Notes: a model not told the origin generated them from the letters alone. 64,000 bases of DNA from an uncultured Enterobacteriaceae bacterium (GCA_964461055.1 CAYWSG010000002.1:1580-65579); one strand, 5' to 3'; shown: positions 1-9,995, counted from the stretch's first letter. Numbers and translations: made by a program.

Positions 1-1
1 C

Positions 2-574
2 CGCATCGCGGGCACCGACCGCGCGATCGCGCTTGGCGAGCTCGCCGCACGGCAGCCGGCGAAGGTTTTCCGCGTCTCGGCGACGGAGACGCCCTCCACG
101 CCTTCATGGCCGAACGGCGCGCAGGCCTGCGAGGTGGAAGTCGAGCCCGAGACCGGCGAAGTGCGCCTCGTGCGCCTCGTGAGCTGCGACGACATCGGCC
201 GGATCATCAACCACATGATCGTCGAGGGGCAGATCCACGGCGGCATGGCGCAAGGCGTCGGGCAGGCGCTCTACGAGCAGGTCGTCTACGACCGCGAGAG
301 CGGCCAGCTCCTCACCGGCTCGCTCATGGACTACAGCGTGCCGCGCGCCGACCAGTTTCCGCACCTGGAGGCGAGCTTCGACGAGTCGCTGCCGTGCCAG
401 ACCAACCTGCTCGGCGTGAAGGGCGTCGGCGAGATCGGCACCATCGGCGCCGTGCCCGCGGTGGCGAACGCCGTGATGGACGCGCTGCACGACGCAGGGG
501 TCGAGCACCTCGACATGCCGCTCACGCCCGAGAAGCTCTGGCGCGCGCTGCGCGCGCAAGAGCGTCCCGCATAG
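2..574 (+). CDS. Molybdopterin-dependent hydroxylase large subunit (xanthine dehydrogenase / aldehyde oxidase / CoxL family), C-terminal part; 5' end outside window
   Basis: Frame open from window edge to TAG 572-574. Translation ...CEVEVEPETGEVRLVRLVSCDDIGRIINHMIVEGQIHGGMAQGVGQAL...LGVKGVGEIGTIGAVPAVANAVMDAL is the conserved C-terminal domain of this family. Confidence 0.8.
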   Translation, partial: RIAGTDRAIALGELAARQPAKVFRVSATETPSTPSWPNGAQACEVEVEPETGEVRLVRLVSCDDIGRIINHMIVEGQIHGGMAQGVGQALYEQVVYDRESGQLLTGSLMDYSVPRADQFPHLEASFDESLPCQTNLLGVKGVGEIGTIGAVPAVANAVMDALHDAGVEHLDMPLTPEKLWRALRAQERPA

Positions 575-601
575 CAGGTGCGACCCGCCGAGCAGGTGCG
601 C

Positions 602-607
602 TATAGT
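602..607 (+). promoter_or_regulatory. -10-like hexamer TATAGT, 10 nt upstream of tonB ATG 618
   Basis: Isolated A/T-rich hexamer in GC-rich DNA. Spacer GGCGCGCGCC has no SD. Confidence 0.35.
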
Positions 608-617
608 GGCGCGCGCC

Positions 618-1466
618 ATGAGCGCGGTCCTGCATGGCGGCCTGCGCCGCGACGGCACGAGCCCCCGGTGGCCGCTTCCCTACGCGCTCGGCGCCTCCCT
701 CGCCCTCCACGCCGCCCTTCTCCTGCTGGGCGCGCCCGGGGGCGACAGCGCCCCGGAGGAGCCGCCTCCCGAGCCGATCCACGCTCGCCTCGTCGCACCC
801 CCGCCGCCTCCCGCCCCGCCCGCGCCCAAGCCCGCGCCGCCTGCCGCGATACCACCTGCCGTGACGCAGGCGCCGGAAGTGGCGCCGTCGCCGAAGCCCA
901 AGGTAAGAGAGACACCCAAGGCGCCGCCGACCGTGCGACCCGCGCCCAAGCCCAGGCCCAAGCCCGAGCCCGAAGCTACGGCGGATCCCGTGCCAGCCGC
1001 CAGGCCGAAGCCGCAAGCGCCGACGCCGTCACCGGCGCTCGAGCCCGAGCGCGAACCAGAATCGCCAGCGGAGTCGGCGCCCTCGACTGCTGCGCCAGAG
1101 CCGACGGACGCGCCTTCCGCAGCCGAGGGCGCCGATGCACGGGGCGAAAGCGCGGAAGCGCGGGCCGTCGATACGTATCGGGCGCAGCTCATCGAGACCG
1201 CGCGCCGCTACAAGCGCTACCCGCGTGTCGCCCTCGACAACAACTGGGAGGGCAAGGTGGTGGTGCGGCTCGCGGTCGGCGCCGACGGGCGCATCGCCGC
1301 GCTCGACGTGAGCGCGAGCGCAGGCTACCCGGCGCTCGACCGGCAGGCGCTCGAGATGATCCGCAAGGCGAAGGAGGTAGTGCCACTGCCGGCGGCCTTG
1401 CGCGGCACGGCGTTCACGCTCGAGATCCCGGTGATCTACGAGCTCAAGGATGCCGGCGCGCGCTAG
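618..1466 (+). CDS. tonB: TonB family energy transducer
   Basis: N-terminal TM helix (WPLPYALGASLALHAALLLL), long Pro/Lys/Ala-rich spacer (PPPPPAPPAPKPAPP, KP repeats), C-terminal TonB domain (YPRVALDNNWEGKVVVRLAVGADGRI...LEIPVIYEL). ATG 618 preferred over GTG 606 because TATAGT lies at 602-607. Confidence 0.85.
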   Translation: MSAVLHGGLRRDGTSPRWPLPYALGASLALHAALLLLGAPGGDSAPEEPPPEPIHARLVAPPPPPAPPAPKPAPPAAIPPAVTQAPEVAPSPKPKVRETPKAPPTVRPAPKPRPKPEPEATADPVPAARPKPQAPTPSPALEPEREPESPAESAPSTAAPEPTDAPSAAEGADARGESAEARAVDTYRAQLIETARRYKRYPRVALDNNWEGKVVVRLAVGADGRIAALDVSASAGYPALDRQALEMIRKAKEVVPLPAALRGTAFTLEIPVIYELKDAGAR

Positions 1467-1503
1467 CCAGGCAGGGAGGCAGCGAGCACGGTGCCGCGCT
1501 CGC

Positions 1504-2556
<1,053 letters not shown>

Positions 2557-2562
2557 GATCAA

Positions 2563-2568
2563 AGTATA
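2563..2568 (-). promoter_or_regulatory. -10-like hexamer TATACT, 6 nt upstream of the Fe ABC ATPase ATG 2556
   Basis: Minus strand reads TATACT-TTGATC-ATG. Overlaps Fur-box-like site 2565-2583. Confidence 0.4.
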
Positions 2569-2583
2569 ACGGTTCTCATTCTT
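2565..2583. promoter_or_regulatory. Fur-box-like site in the divergent ATPase/permease promoter region
   Basis: Minus-strand AAGAATGAGAACCGTTATA matches 13/19 of the consensus GATAATGATAATCATTATC. Shares the core GAATGAGAA with site 5329-5347. Confidence 0.45.
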
Positions 2584-2585
2584 GC

Positions 2586-2591
2586 TAGAAT
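2586..2591 (+). promoter_or_regulatory. -10-like hexamer TAGAAT upstream of the permease gene (ATG 2619)
   Basis: TAGAAT immediately follows the Fur-box-like site. 27-nt AT-rich leader. Confidence 0.4.
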
Positions 2592-2618
2592 CGAATTCGT
2601 TCAAATTTTCAACATCTT

Positions 2619-4277
2619 ATGACCATGTCGATGGCGGCGGCACTGGGCGGGCCGTGGCGGCGGCTCGGGAGCTTCGGCGTCGTCGCGGTGCTCGTTGCCG
2701 CGCTTCTTGCGTTGCCGCTCATCTTCGTGCTCGCCAGCGTGGTTGCGCCGGTGAGCGAGGCATGGTCGCACATCGCGTCCACGCTCCTTCCCCGCTACGT
2801 CTGGAACACGCTCTTGCTCACCGCAGGCGTGGCGTGCGGCGTCGTCTCCATGGGCGTCGTCTCGGCGTGGGTCGTGACGATGTACCGTTTTCCGGGGCGC
2901 GACTTCCTCGAGTGGGCGCTCGTGCTTCCGCTCGCGATGCCGGCCTACGTCATGGCGTACGCGTACACTGACTGGCTGCAGTTCACGGGCGCGGTGCAGA
3001 CGACGCTGCGCGAGCTGACGGGATGGAAGCCGGGCGAATACTGGTTCCCGGACGTGCGCTCCTGGTGGGGCGCGGCCGCCATGCTCGCCTTTGCGCTCTA
3101 TCCCTACGTGTACATCATCGCCCGCACCGCGTTCACGGACCTCTCGCGCAGCGCCCTCGAGGCGGGCCGGCTTGCCGGCTACGGCACGGGCACGGTGTTC
3201 TGGCGCGTGGCCGTGCCGCTGGCGCGCCCGGCCATCGTCGCCGGGACGTCGCTTGCGCTGATGGAGACGCTCGCCGATTTCGGCACCGTGTCCTATTTCG
3301 GCGTGGAGGTCTTCACGACCGGCATCTTCAAGGCCTGGTTCTCGATGGGCGACCGGATCGCCGCGGCGAAGCTTGCCGCGTGCCTGCTCCTTTTCGTCGC
3401 GGTGCTGCTGTCGCTGGAGCGGGCGAGCCGCGGGCGCGCCGCCTACCATGGTTTCTCGCCGCGCCGGGCCGCGCCGGCCCAGCGCCTGCGCGGCGGCGCG
3501 GCGCTGCTCGCGCTCGCCGCCTGCGGAGCCCCCGTGGTCGCGGGCTTCGGCCTGCCGGCGCTGCTCCTCGCCATGCTCGCCTGGCAGGACGAGGGCTATC
3601 GCGCGGCGCGGCTCGGAATGCTGGTCGCCAACAGCTTTACCGTAGCCGGCGTGACTGCTTTCATCGCCGTCGTCCTGGCAGCGGTCATGGCCTATGCCTC
3701 GCGGCTCACGACGAGCCCGCTGGTCGGCGGCGCGAACCGGCTCGTCAGCCTCGGCTACGCGGTGCCCGGCGCGGTGATCGCCGTCGGCGTGCTCACGCCG
3801 CTCGGCCGGCTGGACAACGCGCTCGCCGCGGCCATCGAAGCGCTGACCGGCGCGCAGCCGGGACTGCTTCTCACCGGCACGTTCGCGGCGCTCGTGTTCG
3901 CCTATCTCGTGCGGCTTCTCGCCGTATCGCTGCAGACGACTGAAGCGGGCCTTGCGCGGATTACGCCCAGCATGTCGTTCGCCGCTCGCTCGCTGGGCGC
4001 CACGCCCCTGCAGACGCTGTGGCGCATCCACGCGCCGCTCCTGCGGCCGAGCCTCGCGACGGCCGCGCTGCTCGTCTTCGTCGACGTGCTGAAGGAGCTG
4101 CCCGCGACCTTCGCGCTGCGGCCCTTCAACTTCGACACGCTGGCGATCGAGGCCTACAACCTCGCGAAGGACGAGCGGCTTGCCGAGGCGGCCACGCCGT
4201 CCCTGGTCATCGTCGCGGTCGGCCTGCTGCCCGTGATCGTCGTGGCGAAGCGCTACTTCCAGCCCACGCGGTCGTAG
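2619..4277 (+). CDS. Iron(III) ABC transporter permease, fused two-domain type (FbpB-like)
   Basis: 552 aa, about 12 predicted TM segments, two internal copies of the binding-protein-dependent permease fold. Flanked by an ATPase gene and an Fe3+ binding-protein gene. Confidence 0.85.
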   Translation: MTMSMAAALGGPWRRLGSFGVVAVLVAALLALPLIFVLASVVAPVSEAWSHIASTLLPRYVWNTLLLTAGVACGVVSMGVVSAWVVTMYRFPGRDFLEWALVLPLAMPAYVMAYAYTDWLQFTGAVQTTLRELTGWKPGEYWFPDVRSWWGAAAMLAFALYPYVYIIARTAFTDLSRSALEAGRLAGYGTGTVFWRVAVPLARPAIVAGTSLALMETLADFGTVSYFGVEVFTTGIFKAWFSMGDRIAAAKLAACLLLFVAVLLSLERASRGRAAYHGFSPRRAAPAQRLRGGAALLALAACGAPVVAGFGLPALLLAMLAWQDEGYRAARLGMLVANSFTVAGVTAFIAVVLAAVMAYASRLTTSPLVGGANRLVSLGYAVPGAVIAVGVLTPLGRLDNALAAAIEALTGAQPGLLLTGTFAALVFAYLVRLLAVSLQTTEAGLARITPSMSFAARSLGATPLQTLWRIHAPLLRPSLATAALLVFVDVLKELPATFALRPFNFDTLAIEAYNLAKDERLAEAATPSLVIVAVGLLPVIVVAKRYFQPTRS

Positions 4278-5293
4278 ATCTTCTGCGAGACCGGCTGGTT
4301 GCGGCCGAGGACCGAGACGTTGAGGCTGTCGCGCTTGAAGTCCCCGAAGTCGCTGAGCACCGGGTTGTCGACCTTCACGCCGGGCACCACCGGCCACTCG
4401 TTGTTGCCGTCGGCGAAGTAGCGCTGCGCGTCGTCGCTCGCCAGGTACTCCAGGAACCTGATCGCCGCCTCGCGATGCGGCGCATGCTTCAGCACGCCGG
4501 CGCCGGAGACGTTGACGTGCGTGCCCCAGCTCTCCTGGTTGGGAAACACGATGCCCAGCCGATCGGCCACCTCGCGGTCCTGCGCCTTCGAGGAGCGGGC
4601 GAGCCGCGCGTAGTAGTACTGGTTGGAGACCGTCACGTCGCACTCGCCCGCGGCCACCGCCTTCAGCTGATCGGTGTCGCCTCCTTTCGGCTCGCGCGCC
4701 AGATTGCCGCGCACGCTCTTCGCCCAGGCTTCGGCCTTCGCCTCCCCGAGATGGTTGACGAGGGCGCCCATGAGCGAGAGGTTGTAGATGTTGGTGGACG
4801 AACGCATGCAGATGCGTCCCTTCCATTTGGGATCGGCGAGCGCCTCGTAGGTCGGCACCTCCTGCGGCTTCACCTTGTCCTTGTTATAGGCGATCACGCG
4901 CGCGCGCATGGAGAACCCGAACCAGCGCCCCTGGGGCTCGCGGAAGCTGTCGGGAATGCGCTTCTCGAGCACCGCAGACTTGACGGGCTGGAAAAGCCCG
5001 AGCTGCTCGGCGCGCCAGAGCCGGCCGGCGTCCACGGTGATGAGCACGTCGGCAGGGCTTCGCTCGCCCTCGCTGCGGATGCGCTCGATGAGCGGATCCT
5101 CGCCCGCCTCGATGCGGTTGATCTTGATGCCGGTCTGCTTGGTGAAGGTGCCGTAGAGCGCCTCGTCGGTCTGGTAGTGGCGCGCGGAATAGACGTTCAG
5201 CACCTTCTCTTCGGCCGTGGCTGCGGCGCTCGTCAGCGAAAGGGCGGCCGAGAGAGCGGCGCCGAGCAGGTAGGTCGCGGATTTCTTCGACAT
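4253..5293 (-). CDS. Fe3+ ABC transporter periplasmic substrate-binding protein (FbpA/AfuA/IdiA family)
   Basis: Start at MSKKSATYLLGAALSAALSLTSAAATA (signal peptide; CAT at 5291-5293). Body VLNVYSARHYQTDEALYGTFTKQTGIKINRIEAG...ADVLITVDAGRLW typical of ferric binding proteins. 3' end overlaps the permease 3' end by 25 nt (convergent). Confidence 0.9.
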   Translation of the reverse strand: MSKKSATYLLGAALSAALSLTSAAATAEEKVLNVYSARHYQTDEALYGTFTKQTGIKINRIEAGEDPLIERIRSEGERSPADVLITVDAGRLWRAEQLGLFQPVKSAVLEKRIPDSFREPQGRWFGFSMRARVIAYNKDKVKPQEVPTYEALADPKWKGRICMRSSTNIYNLSLMGALVNHLGEAKAEAWAKSVRGNLAREPKGGDTDQLKAVAAGECDVTVSNQYYYARLARSSKAQDREVADRLGIVFPNQESWGTHVNVSGAGVLKHAPHREAAIRFLEYLASDDAQRYFADGNNEWPVVPGVKVDNPVLSDFGDFKRDSLNVSVLGRNQPVSQKIYDRVGWK

Positions 5294-5326
5294 GGGGTAG
5301 GGGTCGTAGGGTAGTGGGTTGTAGAG

Positions 5327-5355
5327 ACGATAATTATTCTCATTCAGGCTGTCAA
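5327..5355 (-). promoter_or_regulatory. Sigma70-type promoter of the Fe3+ binding-protein gene
   Basis: Minus strand: TTGACA (5355-5350), 17-nt spacer, TATCGT (5332-5327), about 33-nt leader to ATG 5293. Confidence 0.5.
5329..5347. promoter_or_regulatory. Fur-box-like site overlapping spacer/-10 of the binding-protein promoter
   Basis: Minus-strand CTGAATGAGAATAATTATC matches 14/19 of GATAATGATAATCATTATC. Also covers the -35 zone of the divergent CATAAT (5363-5368) in front of the mini-secretin gene. Confidence 0.5.
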
Positions 5356-5362
5356 TGAGCGC

Positions 5363-5368
5363 CATAAT
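5363..5368 (+). promoter_or_regulatory. -10-like hexamer CATAAT upstream of the mini-secretin/helicase genes
   Basis: 34 nt upstream of ATG 5403. No convincing -35. Confidence 0.3.
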
Positions 5369-5402
5369 CAACCCCTTGGGCTTTCGTGCGTTGGACTTCT
5401 CC

Positions 5403-6197
5403 ATGAGAGTGCGGATGGCGGCCATGGGGCTCGCCTTGGCCTGTGTCGCCGGCCAGGGCCATGCCCGCGAGACGCTGGAGGTGATCGAGTTGCGCCACGC
5501 CACCGTGGAGCAGGTCCTGCCGGCGCTGCGGCCGCTCCTCGCCCCGGGCGGGGTGCTGACCGGCCAGTCCGGGCGGCTCATCGTGCGCTCGAGCGAGGCC
5601 AACATCGCGGAGCTCCGCCAGGCGCTCGCCGCGATCGATCGCCCGCGCCGGCGGCTGGAGATCCTGGTGCGGCTCGAAGACGGAGGGAGCCGCGCGCGCG
5701 AGTCCGTGGAGGCGCGCGGGCGCATCGATTCGAGGCGCGGCAGCCGGGTCGAGATCGGCGCCGAGGCGCGGCAGGGGAGCGCCTCGGAGCGGGTCGATCA
5801 GCGCGTGCAGGTGCTCGAGGGCGGGCGCGCCCTTATCGCCACGGGCGCCGCACGTCCGCTCGTGCAGCGGCAAACAATCCGCACGCCTTCGGGCGTTCGC
5901 ACGGAGGAGACGGTGGTCCTGCAGGAAGCCGCGAGCGGCATCGAGGTCACGCCGCGCCTCGTGGGCGACAGCGTCGTTCTCGAGCTCGCGCAGCGGCGCG
6001 ATCGCCTCTCGCCCGACGGCGCCACGGTGCGCAACCAGAGCCTCGAGACCGCCGTGCGCGGACGGCTCGGCGAGTGGATCGACCTCGGCGGGCTCTCTTC
6101 GAGCGACGAGCGCTCGGGCCGCGCGCTGGCCGGCTATTCGCGCGAGAGCTTCAGCGCAACCCGCCGCATCTGGGTCAAGGTCCGGGAACTGCCTTGA
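5403..6197 (+). CDS. Exported secretin-N-domain protein (stand-alone mini-secretin-like), function unknown
   Basis: Signal peptide MRVRMAAMGLALACVAGQGHA. Secretin_N-like module LEVIELRHATVEQVLPALRPLL...GRLIVRSSEANIAELRQALAAIDRP, then a short beta-rich C-terminal part (VQVLEGGRALIATG...). Start 5403 chosen over 5355 for signal-peptide quality. Confidence 0.6.
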   Translation: MRVRMAAMGLALACVAGQGHARETLEVIELRHATVEQVLPALRPLLAPGGVLTGQSGRLIVRSSEANIAELRQALAAIDRPRRRLEILVRLEDGGSRARESVEARGRIDSRRGSRVEIGAEARQGSASERVDQRVQVLEGGRALIATGAARPLVQRQTIRTPSGVRTEETVVLQEAASGIEVTPRLVGDSVVLELAQRRDRLSPDGATVRNQSLETAVRGRLGEWIDLGGLSSSDERSGRALAGYSRESFSATRRIWVKVRELP

Positions 6198-8113
6198 GAT
6201 CCGTGGTGCACGAGGCATTCGCGGCCGACGGCGCGCTCGCGGCCAGGATTCCCGGCTTCCGGCACCGGGCCGGCCAGCTCGAGATGGCGCTCGCCATCCA
6301 CGAGGCGATCGAGCAGTGCGGCGTGCTGATCGCCGAGGCGGGCACGGGAACCGGCAAGACATTCGCCTACCTCGTGCCGGCGCTGCTTTCCGGTGGCAAG
6401 GTCCTCGTCTCCACCGGGACGAAGACGCTGCAGGACCAGCTTTTCGACCGCGACCTGCCCGCGGTGCGCGAGGCGCTTTCGCTGGGCACGAGCCTCGCCC
6501 TCCTCAAGGGGCGGGCGAACTACGTGTGCCTCTACCGGCTGCGCCGGGCCGCGCAGCAGGGCCTCTTCGGCAGCCGGGAGGAAGCGGCGCAGATCGCCCG
6601 CATCGAGCGCTTCGCGGCGGGCACGGTGACCGGCGATCGCAGCGACCTCGCCGACGTGCCCGAAGACGCTCCCGTCTGGAGCCATGCCACCTCCACGCGC
6701 GAGAACTGCCTCGGTCAGGAGTGCCCGGACTACAAGGACTGCTTCGTGATGCGCGCGCGGCGAAACGCGCTCACGGCGGACGTGGTCGTCGTCAACCACC
6801 ACCTCTTCTTTGCCGACGTCGCGCTCCGCGACGAGGGCGTGGCGGAGCTCCTTCCGGCCTGCAACACCGTCATCTTCGACGAGGCGCACCAGCTGCCCGA
6901 AGTGGCGCGCGCCTTCTTCGGCGAGCGGGTGTCGACCGCGCAGCTCCTCGAGCTCGCGCGAGACGCGCGCCTCGAGCTTCGCGCGGCGGGGGGCGCGTCG
7001 CCGGAGCTCGACGCGCTCGCCACGCGCCTCGAGAGCGCCGCCCGCGACCTGCGGCTCCGATTCCGCGAGCCGGGCCGGATGGGATGGACGCAGGCGCTCT
7101 CGCTGCCCGGGTTCGACGATTCGCTCGCCAGGCTCTTCGCGGCGCTCGAGGCCTGCGGCGCGCAGCTCGAGGCGCAGGCCGAGCGCTCGGAGGGGCTGGG
7201 CGCGTGCGCGCGCCGCGCGGGGCTCGCCCGCGCGATCCTCGCGCGCCTGCGCGAGAGCGGCTCGACCGAGGAGGTGCGCTGGGTCGAAGTGCTGCCGCAC
7301 GCCGTGGCGCTCCACGCGACGCCGCTTTCCTCCGCGGAGCATTTCCGCCGCCAGATGGACGATCACCCGCGCGCCTGGATCTTCACCTCGGCGACGCTCG
7401 CCGTGGGGGAGGACTTCGGCCATTTCCGGCGCGAGCTCGGCGTGCCCGAGGCGCAGGCGCGGCGCTGGGAGAGCCCGTTCGACTTCGCCTCGCAGGCGCT
7501 GCTCTACCTTCCCAAGGGGCTGCCGGACGATCCGAACGCGCCAGCCTTCACCGAGGCGGTCGTGGAGGCGGCGCTGCCGGTGCTGCAGGCAAGCGGCGGT
7601 CGGGCTTTCCTCCTCTTCACTACGTTGCGCGCGCTGCGGCGCGCGCACGAGCTCCTGCGCGCGCGCATCGACTACCCGCTTCTCGTGCAGGGGACCGGCT
7701 CGCGGAGCGAGCTCCTCGCGCGCTTTCGCTCGCTCGGCAACGCGGTGCTCCTTGGCAGCCAGTCGTTCTGGGAAGGCGTCGACGTGCGCGGCGAGGCGCT
7801 CTCGGTCGTGCTCATCGACAAGCTGCCGTTCGCTCCGCCCGACGATCCCGTGCTCGCCGCGCGCATCGAGGGCATGAAGGCGGCAGGCGGCAATCCGTTC
7901 GGCGAGCTGCAGCTGCCGCAGGCCGTGCTGCAGCTCAAGCAGGGCGCCGGCCGCCTGATCCGCGACGAGCGCGATCGCGGCGTGCTCGTGCTCTGCGATC
8001 CGCGCCTGCTTACGCGGCCCTATGGCCGCCGCATCCTGAGAAGCCTGCCGCCCATGAAGCCGACCCGCTCGCTCGCCGACGTGCAAGCGTTCTTCGCCGA
8101 GGTTCCGGCGTGA
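6194..8113 (+). CDS. DinG-family ATP-dependent DNA helicase (YoaA-like, Fe-S helicase)
   Basis: IPGFRHRAGQLEMALAIHEAI...AEAGTGTGKTFAYLVPAL (motif I), Cys-rich Fe-S segment (NYVCLY...CLGQECPDYKDCF), DEAH box IFDEAHQL, C-terminal helicase motifs (SFWEGVDVRGEALSVVLIDKLPF...QGAGRLIRDERDRGVLVLCDPR). Start uncertain: TTG 6194 (TTGA overlap with upstream stop), GTG 6203 or GTG 6206. Confidence 0.85.
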   Translation: MRSVVHEAFAADGALAARIPGFRHRAGQLEMALAIHEAIEQCGVLIAEAGTGTGKTFAYLVPALLSGGKVLVSTGTKTLQDQLFDRDLPAVREALSLGTSLALLKGRANYVCLYRLRRAAQQGLFGSREEAAQIARIERFAAGTVTGDRSDLADVPEDAPVWSHATSTRENCLGQECPDYKDCFVMRARRNALTADVVVVNHHLFFADVALRDEGVAELLPACNTVIFDEAHQLPEVARAFFGERVSTAQLLELARDARLELRAAGGASPELDALATRLESAARDLRLRFREPGRMGWTQALSLPGFDDSLARLFAALEACGAQLEAQAERSEGLGACARRAGLARAILARLRESGSTEEVRWVEVLPHAVALHATPLSSAEHFRRQMDDHPRAWIFTSATLAVGEDFGHFRRELGVPEAQARRWESPFDFASQALLYLPKGLPDDPNAPAFTEAVVEAALPVLQASGGRAFLLFTTLRALRRAHELLRARIDYPLLVQGTGSRSELLARFRSLGNAVLLGSQSFWEGVDVRGEALSVVLIDKLPFAPPDDPVLAARIEGMKAAGGNPFGELQLPQAVLQLKQGAGRLIRDERDRGVLVLCDPRLLTRPYGRRILRSLPPMKPTRSLADVQAFFAEVPA

Positions 8114-9075
8114 ACGTCCTCATCACCGGAGGCGGAGGCTTCCTCGGGTCGCGGCTGGCGAAGGCGCTCCTGCAGCGCGGCGAGCTTGGCGGCGCGGCCA
8201 TCGGGCGCCTGCGCCTTTTCGACGCCGCTTATCCCTCCGGCCATCCGGCCGATCCGAGGGTCGAGGCGGTGACGGGCGACCTTGCCGATCCGGATACGAT
8301 GGCGCGAGCCGTCGGAACCGACACGCATGCGGTCTTTCACCTCGCCGCCGTGGTGAGCGGCGCGGCGGAGGCCGACTTCGACCTCGGCATGCGGGTGAAC
8401 CTGCGCGGCACGCAGCTACTTCTCGAGGCGTTGCGCCGCTCCACCGTCGCGCCGCGCCTCGTCTTCGCGAGCTCGCTGGCCGCTTTCGGCGGCGCCCTTC
8501 CCGAAGTGCTGGACGACGCGACGACGCCAACGCCGCAGAGCTCCTACGGCGCGCAGAAGGTCCTCGGGGAGTACCTGGTCGCCGATTACTCGCGCAAGGG
8601 CTACCTGGATGGCCGCTCGCTGCGGCTCCCGACCATCGTCGTTCGCCCGGGCAAGCCGAACGCCGCCGCGTCCTCGTTCGCGAGCGCCATCATCCGCGAG
8701 CCGCTGAATGGCCACGTCGCCAAATGCCCCGTGGACCCGAACACGGAGGTCTGGCTGCTCTCGCCTCGGCGGGCGGTCGAAGCATTCATCCATGCGCACG
8801 AGGTGCCGGCGAGCGAGTGGCCGTCGCACCGGGTGGTCAACCTGCCGGGCATCACGGCGAGCGTAGCCGGGATGGTCGCCGCGCTCGGGCGGGTGGCCGG
8901 TGCGCAGGCGGCTGCGCGCGTCGTCTACGAGCCCGACACCCGCATCCAGGCCATCGTGCGCACCTGGCCCGCGCGCTTTCGCACGCCGCGCGCGCTCGCC
9001 ATGGGATTCAACGCGGATCCCGATATCGAGACGGTGATCCGCGGCTACGCCGCCGAGGAGGGGATCCGGCCTTAG
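8110..9075 (+). CDS. NAD(P)-dependent epimerase/dehydratase-family SDR (possibly D-erythronate dehydrogenase DenD-like)
   Basis: GTG 8110 overlaps the helicase stop (GTGA). Rossmann motif VLITGGGGFLGSRLA, catalytic YGAQK. Only the last third of the 919-aa track ORF 6316-9075 is real. Confidence 0.8.
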   Translation: MNVLITGGGGFLGSRLAKALLQRGELGGAAIGRLRLFDAAYPSGHPADPRVEAVTGDLADPDTMARAVGTDTHAVFHLAAVVSGAAEADFDLGMRVNLRGTQLLLEALRRSTVAPRLVFASSLAAFGGALPEVLDDATTPTPQSSYGAQKVLGEYLVADYSRKGYLDGRSLRLPTIVVRPGKPNAAASSFASAIIREPLNGHVAKCPVDPNTEVWLLSPRRAVEAFIHAHEVPASEWPSHRVVNLPGITASVAGMVAALGRVAGAQAAARVVYEPDTRIQAIVRTWPARFRTPRALAMGFNADPDIETVIRGYAAEEGIRP

Positions 9076-9088
9076 ATTCCGTGGCTCG

Positions 9089-9907
9089 CTACCACCGCGG
9101 ATCCCAGATCCGCCACCACGGGACGTCGCGCTTCGGGCCGCCCGGCTTCAGGTACTCGCTCTGCGGGAAGTTCTTGCGCATGACCCGATCGGCGGCGTCG
9201 CGCAGGTCTTCCATGCCGAGCGCATCGTAGGCCTTGACCAGGATGAACACCGCTTCTTCCACCGCGGGCGACTGCGGGTAGTGCTCGACCGCGTACTGAG
9301 CCCGATTGGCCGCGGCGAGGAACGCCCCACGCTTCATGTAGTAGCGGGCGACGTGCACTTCGTGGGACGCGAGCGCGTTGACGAGATAGCGCATGCGCGC
9401 GGCCGCATCCGCCGCGTAGCGCGAGTCGGGGAAGCGCGTGACCACCTCCTGGAACGCATCGAACGCCTCGCGCGTCGCCTTCGGGTCGCGATCGGTCATG
9501 TCGGGCGAGGTAAGCCACGTGAGGAACCCCGAGAGCTCGTTGAAGTTGATGAGGCCCTTCAGGTAGTAGGCGTAGTCGACGTTCGGATGGTTGGGATAGA
9601 GCTTGATGAAGCGGTCGATCGCCGCGACCGCGTTGGCGCGCTCACCGTCCTTCCAGTGGGCGTAGGCGACCTCGAGCTGCGCCTGCTGGGCATAGCGGCC
9701 GTAGGGATAGCGGGCTTCCAGCTTCTCGAAATACCGGATCGCCTGCGGCCAGTCCTTGGCCGCCATCGCGTCCTTCGCCTCCCCGTAGAGGCGCTGCGCC
9801 GACCAGCCGATCGTCTCGTCCTCCTTGCCGACGGACGCGCAGCCGGCCGCGGCCGCGAGGAGAAGGACCACGGCGAGCCGCAGGGCGCCAAGTAAACTTC
9901 GTTGCAT
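9089..9907 (-). CDS. bamD: Outer membrane protein assembly factor BamD
   Basis: Lipoprotein signal (LLLAAAAGCAS) followed by TPR-like repeats (AQRLYGEAKDAMAAKDWPQAIRYFEKLEARYPYGRYAQQAQLEVAYAHWK...). Conserved divergent synteny with rluD-pgeF. Confidence 0.93.
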   Translation of the reverse strand: MQRSLLGALRLAVVLLLAAAAGCASVGKEDETIGWSAQRLYGEAKDAMAAKDWPQAIRYFEKLEARYPYGRYAQQAQLEVAYAHWKDGERANAVAAIDRFIKLYPNHPNVDYAYYLKGLINFNELSGFLTWLTSPDMTDRDPKATREAFDAFQEVVTRFPDSRYAADAAARMRYLVNALASHEVHVARYYMKRGAFLAAANRAQYAVEHYPQSPAVEEAVFILVKAYDALGMEDLRDAADRVMRKNFPQSEYLKPGGPKRDVPWWRIWDPRW

Positions 9908-9945
9908 GCGAAAGCCTTCGGGACGTGCGAGGAAACCGGCGGAGG

Positions 9946-9951
9946 ATTATA
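9946..9951 (-). promoter_or_regulatory. -10 hexamer TATAAT for bamD
   Basis: Minus strand TATAAT, 38-nt leader containing GAAGG 7 nt before ATG 9907. Confidence 0.45.
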
Positions 9952-9995
9952 GCGATGCGCCGGCCGGGGAGTGGGATGCGGCCTTTGCGGCGCCG

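Noticed and set aside
2592-2599. CGAATTCG palindrome in the iron-transporter divergent promoter as a regulator binding site
   Set aside because: It is only an 8-bp palindrome (an EcoRI site plus one flanking pair) in AT-rich DNA, with no second occurrence in the other iron-regulated region. The Fur-like 19-mers explain the region better.
2601-4826. 741-aa minus-strand ORF antisense to the iron permease. Similar long ORFs: 11577-14144 (minus), 38022-40433 (minus), 61996-63807 (minus), 43029-44969 (minus), 51525-53672 (minus)
   Set aside because: All are antisense or off-frame to genes with strong family signatures (permease, phaC, comEC, proS, aapM, pheT). Their composition is dominated by R/A/G/P/E/D. 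This is stop-codon depletion in a high-GC genome, not evidence of overlapping genes.
6316-8109. N-terminal two thirds of the 919-aa track ORF 6316-9075
   Set aside because: This part is the +1 frame of the DinG-like helicase gene, with low-complexity Arg/Ala/Pro translation. Only the segment from GTG 8110 (VNVLITGGGGFLGS...) has a Rossmann fold and is called.
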